From positions 840,001-872,000 of the forward strand of contig NC_005070.1 of the NCBI RefSeq assembly GCF_000195975.1: DNA of 32,000 nt. Direction: 5' to 3'. A model generated the notes under the pieces. That model made no database searches. It was not told where the DNA came from and was given only the letters and a program-made list of their open reading frames with translations. The DNA comes from Parasynechococcus marenigrum WH 8102. GTDB taxonomy: Bacteria > Cyanobacteriota > Cyanobacteriia > PCC-6307 > Cyanobiaceae. The position numbers and the translations under genes are program-made. This document shows, piece by piece, positions 8,835 through 15,607 of the stretch (the stretch's first letter is position 1; the number at the start of each line of letters is the position of its first letter).

Positions 8835-8966
8835 GAAGACAATCATTAATTCCCAATGTAAACCCACGGTGACGTCACGGCAAAGCAAAGGCTAGTGATT
8901 GTAGTTAGTTTCTATAATTTACAAATATCTGGCAAGCAATGCCTCTGTAAATACAGGGGCTTCACA

Positions 8967-9515
8967 CTATCTAAAATGTCCTTTGGGCCAAATTGAAATT
9001 CTCAACATCGGCCCATCACTGGTTATTGGATCATCACCAGCTGGAATCAAACTTGTGGACCAGTCGTAGATGTCTTCATCAGGGTTGAAACTGTGGAAGA
9101 CGACATTGGCTTGCTTCCCTGGTTCAATCGCTGGATTGAAGCGAATACTTAGCTTGTCGCCGCTTTCCGACAAAATAGTCTGTACGAGCCCAGGCTCGCC
9201 GCGACGTCGTAGGCCATATTGACCGAAATACATCTCGGGTTCGCTTCGACCCCAATCCCAGTGATGGTTATTGGTGAGCTGTGAAAGAATCAAGAATTCC
9301 AGTTCCGCCCCAGCATCCTCTGGGACACGAATACTGATGGTGGTTCGGTTGCGGAGTCCTTCGGTTTTCTCAGGATTGTGAATGCTGACTTCCGTCGGTG
9401 CTTTCGTGAAAACGGTTTGTCCAGAAGCTAGGTCGCTGCTCAGCAGAAGAGCGAAACCACTCAGCAGATGAAGGGTGAATCTGATCAAAGGATGTTTTGT
9501 CGGTGATGAGGTCAC
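8967..9515 (-). CDS. Exported protein, DUF2808-like (182 aa)
   Basis: Has a signal-like N-terminus (LLSGFALLLSSDLASGQ). The layout TVFTKAP...ISIRVPEDAGAELEFLILSQ...RRRGEPG...LSIRFNPAIEPGK...IPAGDDP...LRISI resembles the cyanobacterial DUF2808 family as I recall it, not database-checked. Its ATG overlaps the upstream stop (ATGA at 9515-9512). Confidence 0.6.
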   Translation of the reverse strand: MTSSPTKHPLIRFTLHLLSGFALLLSSDLASGQTVFTKAPTEVSIHNPEKTEGLRNRTTISIRVPEDAGAELEFLILSQLTNNHHWDWGRSEPEMYFGQYGLRRRGEPGLVQTILSESGDKLSIRFNPAIEPGKQANVVFHSFNPDEDIYDWSTSLIPAGDDPITSDGPMLRISIWPKGHFR

Positions 9516-9757
9516 TGCTGCTCTGTTCGGTATGGGCTCTCTTGATCGTTGATGACCTTGATGGAGCAGGTCACACCACCATCGGAATTTCCTTGACTGT
9601 CGTGGCTGCCATCACAGTCGACAAGCTCTAAGCGGGTTCCAGGTCCAACTTCCACTCGTCCCTTCTTCCGGAAGAACACCTCACCATCACGAGCAAGGCC
9701 TGGCGCAGCAAATGAAACAAGCGCCAGAGCAGTGAATAGTGCTTTCAATCCAAACAA
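9512..9757 (-). CDS. Small secreted protein (81 aa, 2 Cys)
   Basis: TTG start. Signal peptide MFGLKALFTALALVSFAAPGLA. The stop overlaps the start of the downstream gene. Confidence 0.5.
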   Translation of the reverse strand: MFGLKALFTALALVSFAAPGLARDGEVFFRKKGRVEVGPGTRLELVDCDGSHDSQGNSDGGVTCSIKVINDQESPYRTEQQ

Positions 9758-9766
9758 AGTCGTTGA

Positions 9767-10018
9767 TCAGAGGATACCGAGAGGACCTTTCTTCTTCTTG
9801 CAATAGCCCATGCCGATGTTCATCCACCCCGATTGACAGGCCTCACCGTTGGTAGGAGCCACCTCGTAGTAAATGGGGGAAACGCAAGTAGTGCCAAAGG
9901 TGTTGACGTATCCCAGTGGGCACTCGTCATGACCTTCAGCCTTGGGGATTTCCTTCTGGGCTAGAGCAGGCGTAGCAGAAGCCAATACCAGGGAGGCTGT
10001 GAGCAGAGCTTTGAGCAT
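9767..10018 (-). CDS. Small secreted cysteine-rich protein (83 aa, 4 Cys in the mature part, C-terminal KKKKGPLGIL)
   Basis: Signal peptide MLKALLTASLVLASATPALAQ. Its ATG (10018-10016) overlaps the TGA of the upstream 53-aa ORF (TGATG). Confidence 0.6.
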   Translation of the reverse strand: MLKALLTASLVLASATPALAQKEIPKAEGHDECPLGYVNTFGTTCVSPIYYEVAPTNGEACQSGWMNIGMGYCKKKKGPLGIL

Positions 10019-10179
10019 CAGAAAAGGAAGTAAGCCAGAAGGAAGCCAATGATCAGGCCTTTGACCCAGACGAGGGCAGCCATCCCATATTCAGTCAGAC
10101 CGAGCTTCTTCCTGATCCAAAGGAAGGCCTGCTCATCAGCGAAGAGAACAGCTCGGATAGGGCGAACAATCCAGTCCAT
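10018..10179 (-). CDS. Unannotated 53-aa tail-anchored membrane protein
   Basis: Below the ORF-track size cutoff. My translation is MDWIVRPIRAVLFADEQAFLWIRKKLGLTEYGMAALVWVKGLIIGFLLAYFLF. Both its start (10179-10177) and its stop (10020-10018) sit in TGATG overlaps with the neighbouring genes. Confidence 0.55.
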   Translation of the reverse strand: MDWIVRPIRAVLFADEQAFLWIRKKLGLTEYGMAALVWVKGLIIGFLLAYFLF

Positions 10180-10430
10180 CACTGCCCAACCAGTTGCAGG
10201 TATTTCGCCACGTCACCACCGTTGCAGTAGTGGACAGCGACTGGGCGCTCAATGAATCCACCCTTGCCCTCTACATCGGTGAACTCGACGCCAGCCAGGT
10301 TGATGATCCCCGTCTCAGCGTTCTTGACGCAGTTCACAAACTCCTTTGATTGCTTAGCCACCGGGAGTAGGAGGACCAGCCCAGCAAGAACAGCAGCTCC
10401 GACCAGACCCTTCTCAACGTTGGGATTCAT
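10179..10430 (-). CDS. Small membrane-anchored or exported protein (83 aa, 2 Cys)
   Basis: ATG start. Hydrophobic N-terminal segment GLVGAAVLAGLVLLLPVA. It is the first gene of a tightly overlapped minus-strand gene string. Confidence 0.55.
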   Translation of the reverse strand: MNPNVEKGLVGAAVLAGLVLLLPVAKQSKEFVNCVKNAETGIINLAGVEFTDVEGKGGFIERPVAVHYCNGGDVAKYLQLVGQ

Positions 10431-10809
10431 TCGGTGTGGATTGTTACCAGACAGGTTTTAGGCGTGAGCCTGACTCTTGTCCACGTGAACGGGGTCAAAT
10501 CCAGCAAAACAGAACTATCACTCACCATTGAGGGCGGATAAACACCACATCAACAGAGCACCTGATTCACCGGTACCAGCTCCACTCCTTACGAAAGACG
10601 CCTTTACCAACTGGATATTCCAACAGTTGGCCGTTGAGTAGTGGACAACTACGCAGAAGCGACGAAGCTATGAGTACATGCAAGTTCAAGGCAGCCGATC
10701 TAGGTCACCGATCCACTGCCACCAGCCAAAGAGAAGAAGCGTCGAGGCAGCCATCAGCGCAAGCCTGAAAAGAACGGGTTCTGCAAACCACAACTGAGGA
10801 TCAACAACC

Positions 10810-11433
10810 ATGGAAACCAAGACACGAAAAGCAGCCACAGCTCACAAGATCATCGAGGCAGGAGAAGGTGTTCTGAATCTGGTCTGGGGCAAAGCCGATG
10901 AAAGGAGAGCAGCTTCGCTTGAGATCATTGCTCGCACTGCTTACACAGCAGAGGAGAGTGCCTGCCACTACCTAGAGACCATTGGTCTCGATAAAGAAGG
11001 CACGATCAGGGACACATTGGAACTGGCTCGTTACCAGGACACCAATGAGCAGACCCACGAGGACATTTTCGCCAGGGATCTAGATGGATTGAAGAACTGG
11101 GGTGACCGCTTCTTAGCCAGACACATCGCCGTGGTCATCTATTGGGTGTTCGCCATCACAACCCTTATTGACCATGAGATGGCTGCCTTGCTGGGTGAGG
11201 CCGTTGAGGTCGAGGCAGTCAAGACGTACAGGCGGATGCTGAAGGAGCAACCAGAGGAGTGGCTAGACCAGCCAGCAGCACCAACCGCAACTCACTACTG
11301 GGAGAAGCCCAACAGCATGTGGCGAGTAAGAGGTGACCATATGCCTGGCTCTATGCGTGACGTAGTGGAAGCGATCGTTAGAGACGAAGCAGACCACGTC
11401 AAAGCCAATAGCAAGAAAGCAACAGCTTTTTAA
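10810..11433 (+). CDS. ptox: Plastoquinol terminal oxidase (PTOX, alternative-oxidase family di-iron protein)
   Basis: All four AOX/PTOX iron-ligand motifs occur in order: LEIIARTAY, NEQTHE (E-x-x-H), EVEAVKTY and RDEADH (E-x-x-H). The length of 207 aa is in the range of cyanobacterial and cyanophage PTOX. Confidence 0.85.
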   Translation: METKTRKAATAHKIIEAGEGVLNLVWGKADERRAASLEIIARTAYTAEESACHYLETIGLDKEGTIRDTLELARYQDTNEQTHEDIFARDLDGLKNWGDRFLARHIAVVIYWVFAITTLIDHEMAALLGEAVEVEAVKTYRRMLKEQPEEWLDQPAAPTATHYWEKPNSMWRVRGDHMPGSMRDVVEAIVRDEADHVKANSKKATAF

Positions 11434-11490
11434 TCGGAGACTGAAATGCTTGCGATTGATTACCTGGTGTAATCCGTTGTTGCGCCACTG

Positions 11491-11644
11491 CCCGATGAGA
11501 TCGACCTACAGCACTGCGAGGAGTGCAGTATCAGTGGGTTTGCGGGTCTCCCTGACGGTGGGTTGACCGTTAGGTCGGCTGAGGCGTAACAGCGGGGAAT
11601 ATCTCAGGCAGTCACGTCTGACCAATGCCTCAAGACACCTGCAT
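11491..11644 (+). repeat. Copy A of a conserved GC-rich non-coding element (about 154 nt)
   Basis: Aligns block-wise with 13473-13639. Shared blocks are CCCGATGAGAT, CAGCACTGCGAGGAG, CCCTGACGGTG, CGTTAGGTC, GCAGCGGGGAA and an identical GGCAGTCACGTCTGACCAATGCCTCAA. Contains the hairpin CCTGACGG-8nt-CCGTTAGG. Confidence 0.7.
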
Positions 11645-11843
11645 CTCCCTGTTCCTACTGGCTGAACTGTTTGCAGCACTGCAAGCCAATGCCTCTGACC
11701 TGTTCAAGCGGTGGCTGTATGGGGGTATCCAAGACCTAGGTGAAGCTGCCGTGACGGAGCTACTGCTGGATTGGATTGACCCGTTCATCACCCGAGTCGA
11801 GAGGGACAGGATTGTGACGTGGCACCTGGGAGTGAGCCTCTAA
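11625..11843 (+). CDS. Hypothetical protein (72 aa), possibly the 5' part of a frameshifted gene
   Basis: Its ATG lies inside the conserved end of repeat copy A. The next frame is open from 11836 and overlaps this stop. Confidence 0.35.
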   Translation: MPQDTCISLFLLAELFAALQANASDLFKRWLYGGIQDLGEAAVTELLLDWIDPFITRVERDRIVTWHLGVSL

Positions 11844-11874
11844 CCAGAACGGCATCAAGCCCAGCATCAGGACA

Positions 11875-12099
11875 GTGGCAGAAGGGCTGCCTCAGCACTC
11901 TGCTGAAGCGATCAGGTCCAGCATCAAGCGGCTGAGAGGCAAGGAGTGGCTGCTGGGAGAGGGCAGATCCAAAGGACCTGAGATCGTGCCTGATGGAAGT
12001 GGTGCCAAAGTTTCTTTTAGACACCCACTCCCTTTGAAAAAGGCCATGGCCCATAAAAAATGGCCCATAAATTTTGGATGTGGGCCATTCGGGTCATGA
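11875..12099 (+). CDS. Hypothetical protein (74 aa), weak HTH-like segment
   Basis: GTG start. AEGLPQHSAEAIRSSIKRLRGKEWLL looks HTH-like. The 3' end is made of the ATGGCCCA repeats, which argues against normal coding there. Confidence 0.25.
   Translation: MAEGLPQHSAEAIRSSIKRLRGKEWLLGEGRSKGPEIVPDGSGAKVSFRHPLPLKKAMAHKKWPINFGCGPFGS
12042..12088. promoter_or_regulatory. Operator-like cluster: ATGGCCCA x2 direct repeats plus one inverted TGGGCCAT
   Basis: ATGGCCCATAAA occurs at 12046 and 12060 (14-nt spacing). The reverse complement TGGGCCAT is at 12081-12088. The palindrome GGCCATGGCC is at 12042-12051. Confidence 0.4.
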
Positions 12100-12391
12100 G
12101 ATATGTGCCGCGCATAATTGCAGTCAGTGACTGGTGTTTCCCTTGATATGGGCTGTGTGTAGTGGTGTGTGTGTTGGGAGGAGAGAGTGTTATTCCACTT
12201 CTGCTGTCATCTGATCAGCAGCAAGCACCGGTTCACCAGAGGCTGACGACTAAAAAGCTCTATCTACGGCATTTCAAGCGCTCTTGGTGGTCTGCTGATG
12301 TGATGACTTCTTGGAACTCCCTTCTCTAGGTGTGGCTATCCGCAGTGCTTGAAGCCATGGCTTCTATCTCTCGGCAGTCAGGATTTGTGGT

Positions 12392-12652
12392 ATGGAAAGA
12401 AAGATTCGCCAGACCTACAGACCACGTGGCCACAGATGGCTGGTGAATGTTGACCAGCACAAGGTTGTTGAGTTCCAGCCCGAAGAGCCAACAGCAGATG
12501 GTCAGTGGGTGACACTGCGCACCTTTCACTGGCGCCCGCCTGATTGCCCGATTCCTGAGACGCGTCGACGGATGGCTAGACACAAGGCCATTGAGGCTTG
12601 GGAGACAATGGTTAGTACCGGATGGCGGCGATGTTCACCACCAGTGAGATGA
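12392..12652 (+). CDS. Small basic Trp-rich protein (86 aa), possibly DUF1651-like
   Basis: ATG start, no overlapping alternative apart from the 3' end. The C-terminal ARHKAIEAWETMVSTGWRR resembles small marine-picocyanobacterial families, from memory only. Confidence 0.45.
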   Translation: MERKIRQTYRPRGHRWLVNVDQHKVVEFQPEEPTADGQWVTLRTFHWRPPDCPIPETRRRMARHKAIEAWETMVSTGWRRCSPPVR

Positions 12653-12744
12653 TCCTGGCGTCATAGGGAATGCCAGCATCTTCGGGATGCGCCTCAGCCC
12701 ACCGGCAACGTATGCCTCCCAGCAATCGCCCACGTCGCCGACGA

Positions 12745-12963
12745 TCAGGATCGGAGCGATAGACGTCCTCCAGAAATTGAATTGTGCAAAAGGTCGGATG
12801 CGTACCTGCGTCCAGCTTTGTTCGCATCGGTGATTGACTTAAAGTTTCCTACAAAGTCATATTCACGCCCATCAATCGTGGCAGAAACGGCGTATAGATT
12901 CTGATTCACCTTTTGGACGCTCCAGCGCAAAACGCAGGCCGGAGTTTTCTTTGAAGCATTCAT
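12745..12963 (-). CDS. Hypothetical protein (72 aa), possibly frameshifted with 12612-12827
   Basis: Track ORF that overlaps a second minus-strand ORF in another frame. No motif recognised. Confidence 0.25.
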   Translation of the reverse strand: MNASKKTPACVLRWSVQKVNQNLYAVSATIDGREYDFVGNFKSITDANKAGRRYASDLLHNSISGGRLSLRS

Positions 12964-13140
12964 TCTTCTCTCCTGATCGGACGAAGAACATAAGCCGCAG
13001 GGAACCAGAGACTCGCTAAAGATTATTATTTCGCAAATAAGTATTTATTTTCTGTTCATATTCTACTCAAGAAGTTCTGTGAAGATATCTATTGAATGAC
13101 GCTTTTTTGCGCAAGCTACCAGAAAAGGGAGGAATGCCCC

Positions 13141-13374
13141 ATGAAATTGTTTGCATATTCCGTCTCGGTCCTTTTGATATCAGCAGCACCTGCGCACTCT
13201 TCCAGCGACAAGCAAGTCTTCCTGTCAATGAAGAAGTTTGAGCAGTTGGCTGACAGGGCACATGCCTTTTGCGCGAGCGTTGACCTTGAGTTCTCTCAAA
13301 AGTTCTATGACTGCATGGACCAGAAGATGCATGGAATTTATATCGACAGCAGCACGGTTAGATCACGTAATTAA
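13141..13374 (+). CDS. Small secreted protein (77 aa)
   Basis: The ATG at 13141 is preceded by AAAAGGGAGGAA (a Shine-Dalgarno-like site). Signal peptide MKLFAYSVSVLLISAAPAHS. Low GC, like the adjacent protease cassette. Confidence 0.6.
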   Translation: MKLFAYSVSVLLISAAPAHSSSDKQVFLSMKKFEQLADRAHAFCASVDLEFSQKFYDCMDQKMHGIYIDSSTVRSRN

Positions 13375-13472
13375 TATGAATACGGGTCCTTCCTGTGTAG
13401 TACAGCGTAGGTCAATTCGGACCTCCTTCATCATTTAGTGCCCGATAAGTTTGGCCTAAATGGGGCCATCAA

Positions 13473-13639
13473 CCCGATGAGATTGCCCGGCAGCACTGCG
13501 AGGAGATGCATCAGCGATGGGTGGTGTGTGACTGCCCTGACGGTGTGCTGGGGAGGCTTTGGTGGTGGGTTAGTCGTTAGGTCTGCAGCGGGGAACACTT
13601 CTGGCAGTCACGTCTGACCAATGCCTCAAAATACCGCAT
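13473..13639 (+). repeat. Copy B of the conserved GC-rich non-coding element (about 167 nt)
   Basis: Has the same blocks as copy A. The hairpin is kept as CCTGACGG-~30nt-TCGTTAGG (C to U gives G.U). It is GC-rich yet embedded in low-GC DNA on both sides, and it ends about 97 nt upstream of the second metzincin ATG. Confidence 0.7.
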
Positions 13640-13735
13640 TGTAATGTTCCTTTAGGAGGGGTAATATCAAGAAATAGTGACATTAATTGACTCAGCGCAA
13701 GTCAATTCTAATATTGTATATATCGCAAATTATCA

Positions 13736-15001
13736 ATGAAACCGATTGAGGCAATTGAGCTAATTATGTCTCAAGCCCATATTGACGACATGAAGACTAT
13801 TGTCGGCAGCGACTTAATCTTAGACATATACATATCACCAGGAGGAGAACCTCACATAGCGTGGGATGATAGAGCGCAAGAGGACGTGGAAACTATAACT
13901 AAAAAGCCGGCCGAATGGCAATATAAAGTAATGCGTGAAGCCATGGAGAGAGTCAACAGGGAATTTGATATTACCATTGACGAGGTTGAATATGAACAGC
14001 TTTCAGACACACAAATAAAGCTAACGACCGTTCCTAATTCGGATGCCGTGAATGGTGAATGGATAAGAAGTTGGGATAACAGCGGGGTTGCGGATATTTA
14101 TCTATCGATGACATATCAGAGTGGCCTGGAGGGTAGTAAATATCCAGATGCCCATGAAAATCCTGACAAATATACTCATGACGAATGGGAAAAATCCGAG
14201 TGGAAAAAGATTTTTATTCATGAACTTGGCCATTTGCTTGGCCTCGAACATCCTTGGGACAAAGATGATGGAGACTGGGCAGTTGATGGTCCAGACGTAG
14301 AAACAGAGAAAACGATCATGGGATATGAAAGTAGGGATGCCAGCGGCAAAGTAATGGACTGGTTCCAGGATGTAGATCAGCGCGCTTTGAAACAAATATG
14401 GGGTGCATCAACAGCTAATCCCGAACCAACTCCTGAACCGGTTCCAACCCCTACTCCAGAACCAACGCCTGCAACTGTTCTTACACCCACGCCAGAACCA
14501 CCGCCAACGCCATCTCTAGAACTACCACCATCGCCATTATCACCACCAATTGATGGTGACTTCTCATCTCTACCACCCGACTTATGGCTGTCGCAAACTC
14601 ACGACGTCATCATTCAATCAGTTCGTGGTAAGGGTAAATTAAAGGGTAAGAAAGGTGCAGATGCCTTCTATTTTAATTCCTTTGAGGCATTTACTAAAAA
14701 GTCTGCTGACAAGATCATTGGATTTAAAGCATCGCAAGACACAATTGCCGTAAGTCCCGATGCGTTTCCTGCATTGGAAGGTGTCTCCGCTATCAGGTTT
14801 GCATCGACCAAGAGCAAAAATGAATTAAAGCAATTATCCAAGGAGGATTACGATTTTGTCTATTTTGAGAAAAAAGGTCGGCTCTACTTCGATGGAAATG
14901 GCGCAGAGAAGAACTGGGGAAACAGTGATGAAGGAGGTCTTGTGGCAATCCTGAAAGGAAAGCCTGAGCTAACTGTTGAAGACATCACACTGCTTGCTTG
15001 A
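13736..15001 (+). CDS. Serralysin-type (M10-like) zinc metalloprotease with a PT-rich linker and a C-terminal post-RTX-like module
   Basis: Zinc motif IFIHELGHLLGLEHPWD at nt 14219-14254, Met-turn TIMGY and QDVDQRALKQIWG. The linker is NPEPTPEPVPTPTPEPTPA. The C-terminus is GKKGADAFYF...DKIIGF...DTIAV...FVYFEKKGRLYFDGNG...GGLVAILKG...LTVEDITLL. Low GC and no signal peptide. Confidence 0.85.
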   Translation: MKPIEAIELIMSQAHIDDMKTIVGSDLILDIYISPGGEPHIAWDDRAQEDVETITKKPAEWQYKVMREAMERVNREFDITIDEVEYEQLSDTQIKLTTVPNSDAVNGEWIRSWDNSGVADIYLSMTYQSGLEGSKYPDAHENPDKYTHDEWEKSEWKKIFIHELGHLLGLEHPWDKDDGDWAVDGPDVETEKTIMGYESRDASGKVMDWFQDVDQRALKQIWGASTANPEPTPEPVPTPTPEPTPATVLTPTPEPPPTPSLELPPSPLSPPIDGDFSSLPPDLWLSQTHDVIIQSVRGKGKLKGKKGADAFYFNSFEAFTKKSADKIIGFKASQDTIAVSPDAFPALEGVSAIRFASTKSKNELKQLSKEDYDFVYFEKKGRLYFDGNGAEKNWGNSDEGGLVAILKGKPELTVEDITLLA

Positions 15002-15025
15002 TAAAGCTTCAACTGCAAACCCATA

Positions 15026-15051
15026 GCCCCGTTAGCAATGGCGGGGTTTTT
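15026..15051 (+). terminator. Rho-independent terminator
   Basis: CCCCG-ttagcaatgg-CGGGG followed by TTTTT, 25 nt after the protease stop. It lies between convergent genes. Confidence 0.6.
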
Positions 15052-15060
15052 GATGGGTAC

Positions 15061-15411
15061 CTAGCTGCCCTCCAGCAATCTGGTTGGCTGTGCCTGGAGC
15101 TTGAGGGCACCAACGGCGTTGCTGTGTTGCTTGCAGCGGATACTGGCTTCGATAATTTCGTCTAGCAGGGCAAGACGCGTTCTGAGGAAGTCAGAGCGTT
15201 CAACGCTGTAGTCAGCCCGGATGATCTCTCTTGCTTTGGCGAGATAGCGCTCAGCGGTTCTGCGATCAACCCCCCATTCGTCCGATGCGTATTGACAGAC
15301 GTAGCTAGTTGTCTTTGCCGACGACAGAAGTTTGACGACGGTATGAATCCGCCGATCAATTTCTGCTTTGTCTGACTTCTTCGCCATTGACTCATTCTGC
15401 CATGAAGTCAC
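15061..15411 (-). CDS. HTH-like island protein (116 aa), regulator or small-terminase-like
   Basis: YASDEWGVDRRTAERYLAKAREIIRADY resembles the HTH N-termini of phage regulators and small terminases. MAKKSDK at 15387 is an alternative start. The function is not established. Confidence 0.55.
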   Translation of the reverse strand: MTSWQNESMAKKSDKAEIDRRIHTVVKLLSSAKTTSYVCQYASDEWGVDRRTAERYLAKAREIIRADYSVERSDFLRTRLALLDEIIEASIRCKQHSNAVGALKLQAQPTRLLEGS

Positions 15412-15572
15412 TAAACGGCACGATTTACCTCAATTGGATGGGTTTTTCTGTCGCTCGCGCGTATTTCATAAAGCTCCAAAACTCAGTAGTGTTTCAGAGA
15501 GAGACGTGGAGAGAGAGTTGTTAGAGAGAAGGATTAGGGAGAATGGAGGTTTTGGAACATTCAGCCTGTTTT

Positions 15573-15607
15573 GACATGTCGAAACTGCATTAGACATTCC
15601 GAAACTG
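15573..15607. promoter_or_regulatory. Iteron-like direct repeats (candidate origin or operator)
   Basis: GACATGTCGAAACTG (15573-15587) and GACATTCCGAAACTG (15593-15607) have 20-nt periodicity. A GAGAGAGA-rich tract lies just upstream (about 15493-15545). The repeats sit in the 320-nt gap next to the ATPase gene. Confidence 0.4.

Noticed and set aside
8869-8878. Perfect 10-bp palindrome GTGACGTCAC between the convergent gltS and DUF2808-like genes.
   Set aside because: It has no loop and no T-tract, so it is not a terminator. A single short palindrome is compatible with chance.
11484-11490. GCCACTG, the core of the cobalamin-riboswitch B12 box, just upstream of repeat copy A.
   Set aside because: It is not conserved in copy B, and none of the other cobalamin-riboswitch elements are recognisable nearby.
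11569-11575. GTTAGGT matches the integron attC R' consensus GTTRRRY, and the repeat copies follow ORFs as attC sites do.
   Set aside because: Conservation continues about 70 nt past this site. No matching RYYYAAC inverse core is present in either copy. No IntI-type integrase or attI is present, and the interval between copies holds several ORFs on both strands.
12612-12963. Two overlapping minus-strand ORFs (12745-12963 and 12612-12827) that might be one frameshifted gene or pseudogene.
   Set aside because: Neither has a recognisable motif, and the second is Arg-rich and overlaps the 3' end of the plus-strand 86-aa ORF. The evidence is too weak to call a pseudogene.
13506-13580. Short peptide ORFs inside the repeat element (MHQRWVVCDCPDG... 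in copy B, GTG-started MQYQWVCGSP in copy A).
   Set aside because: The conserved nucleotide blocks are read in different frames in the two copies and the lengths differ (24 versus 10 aa). Conservation is therefore at the nucleotide level.
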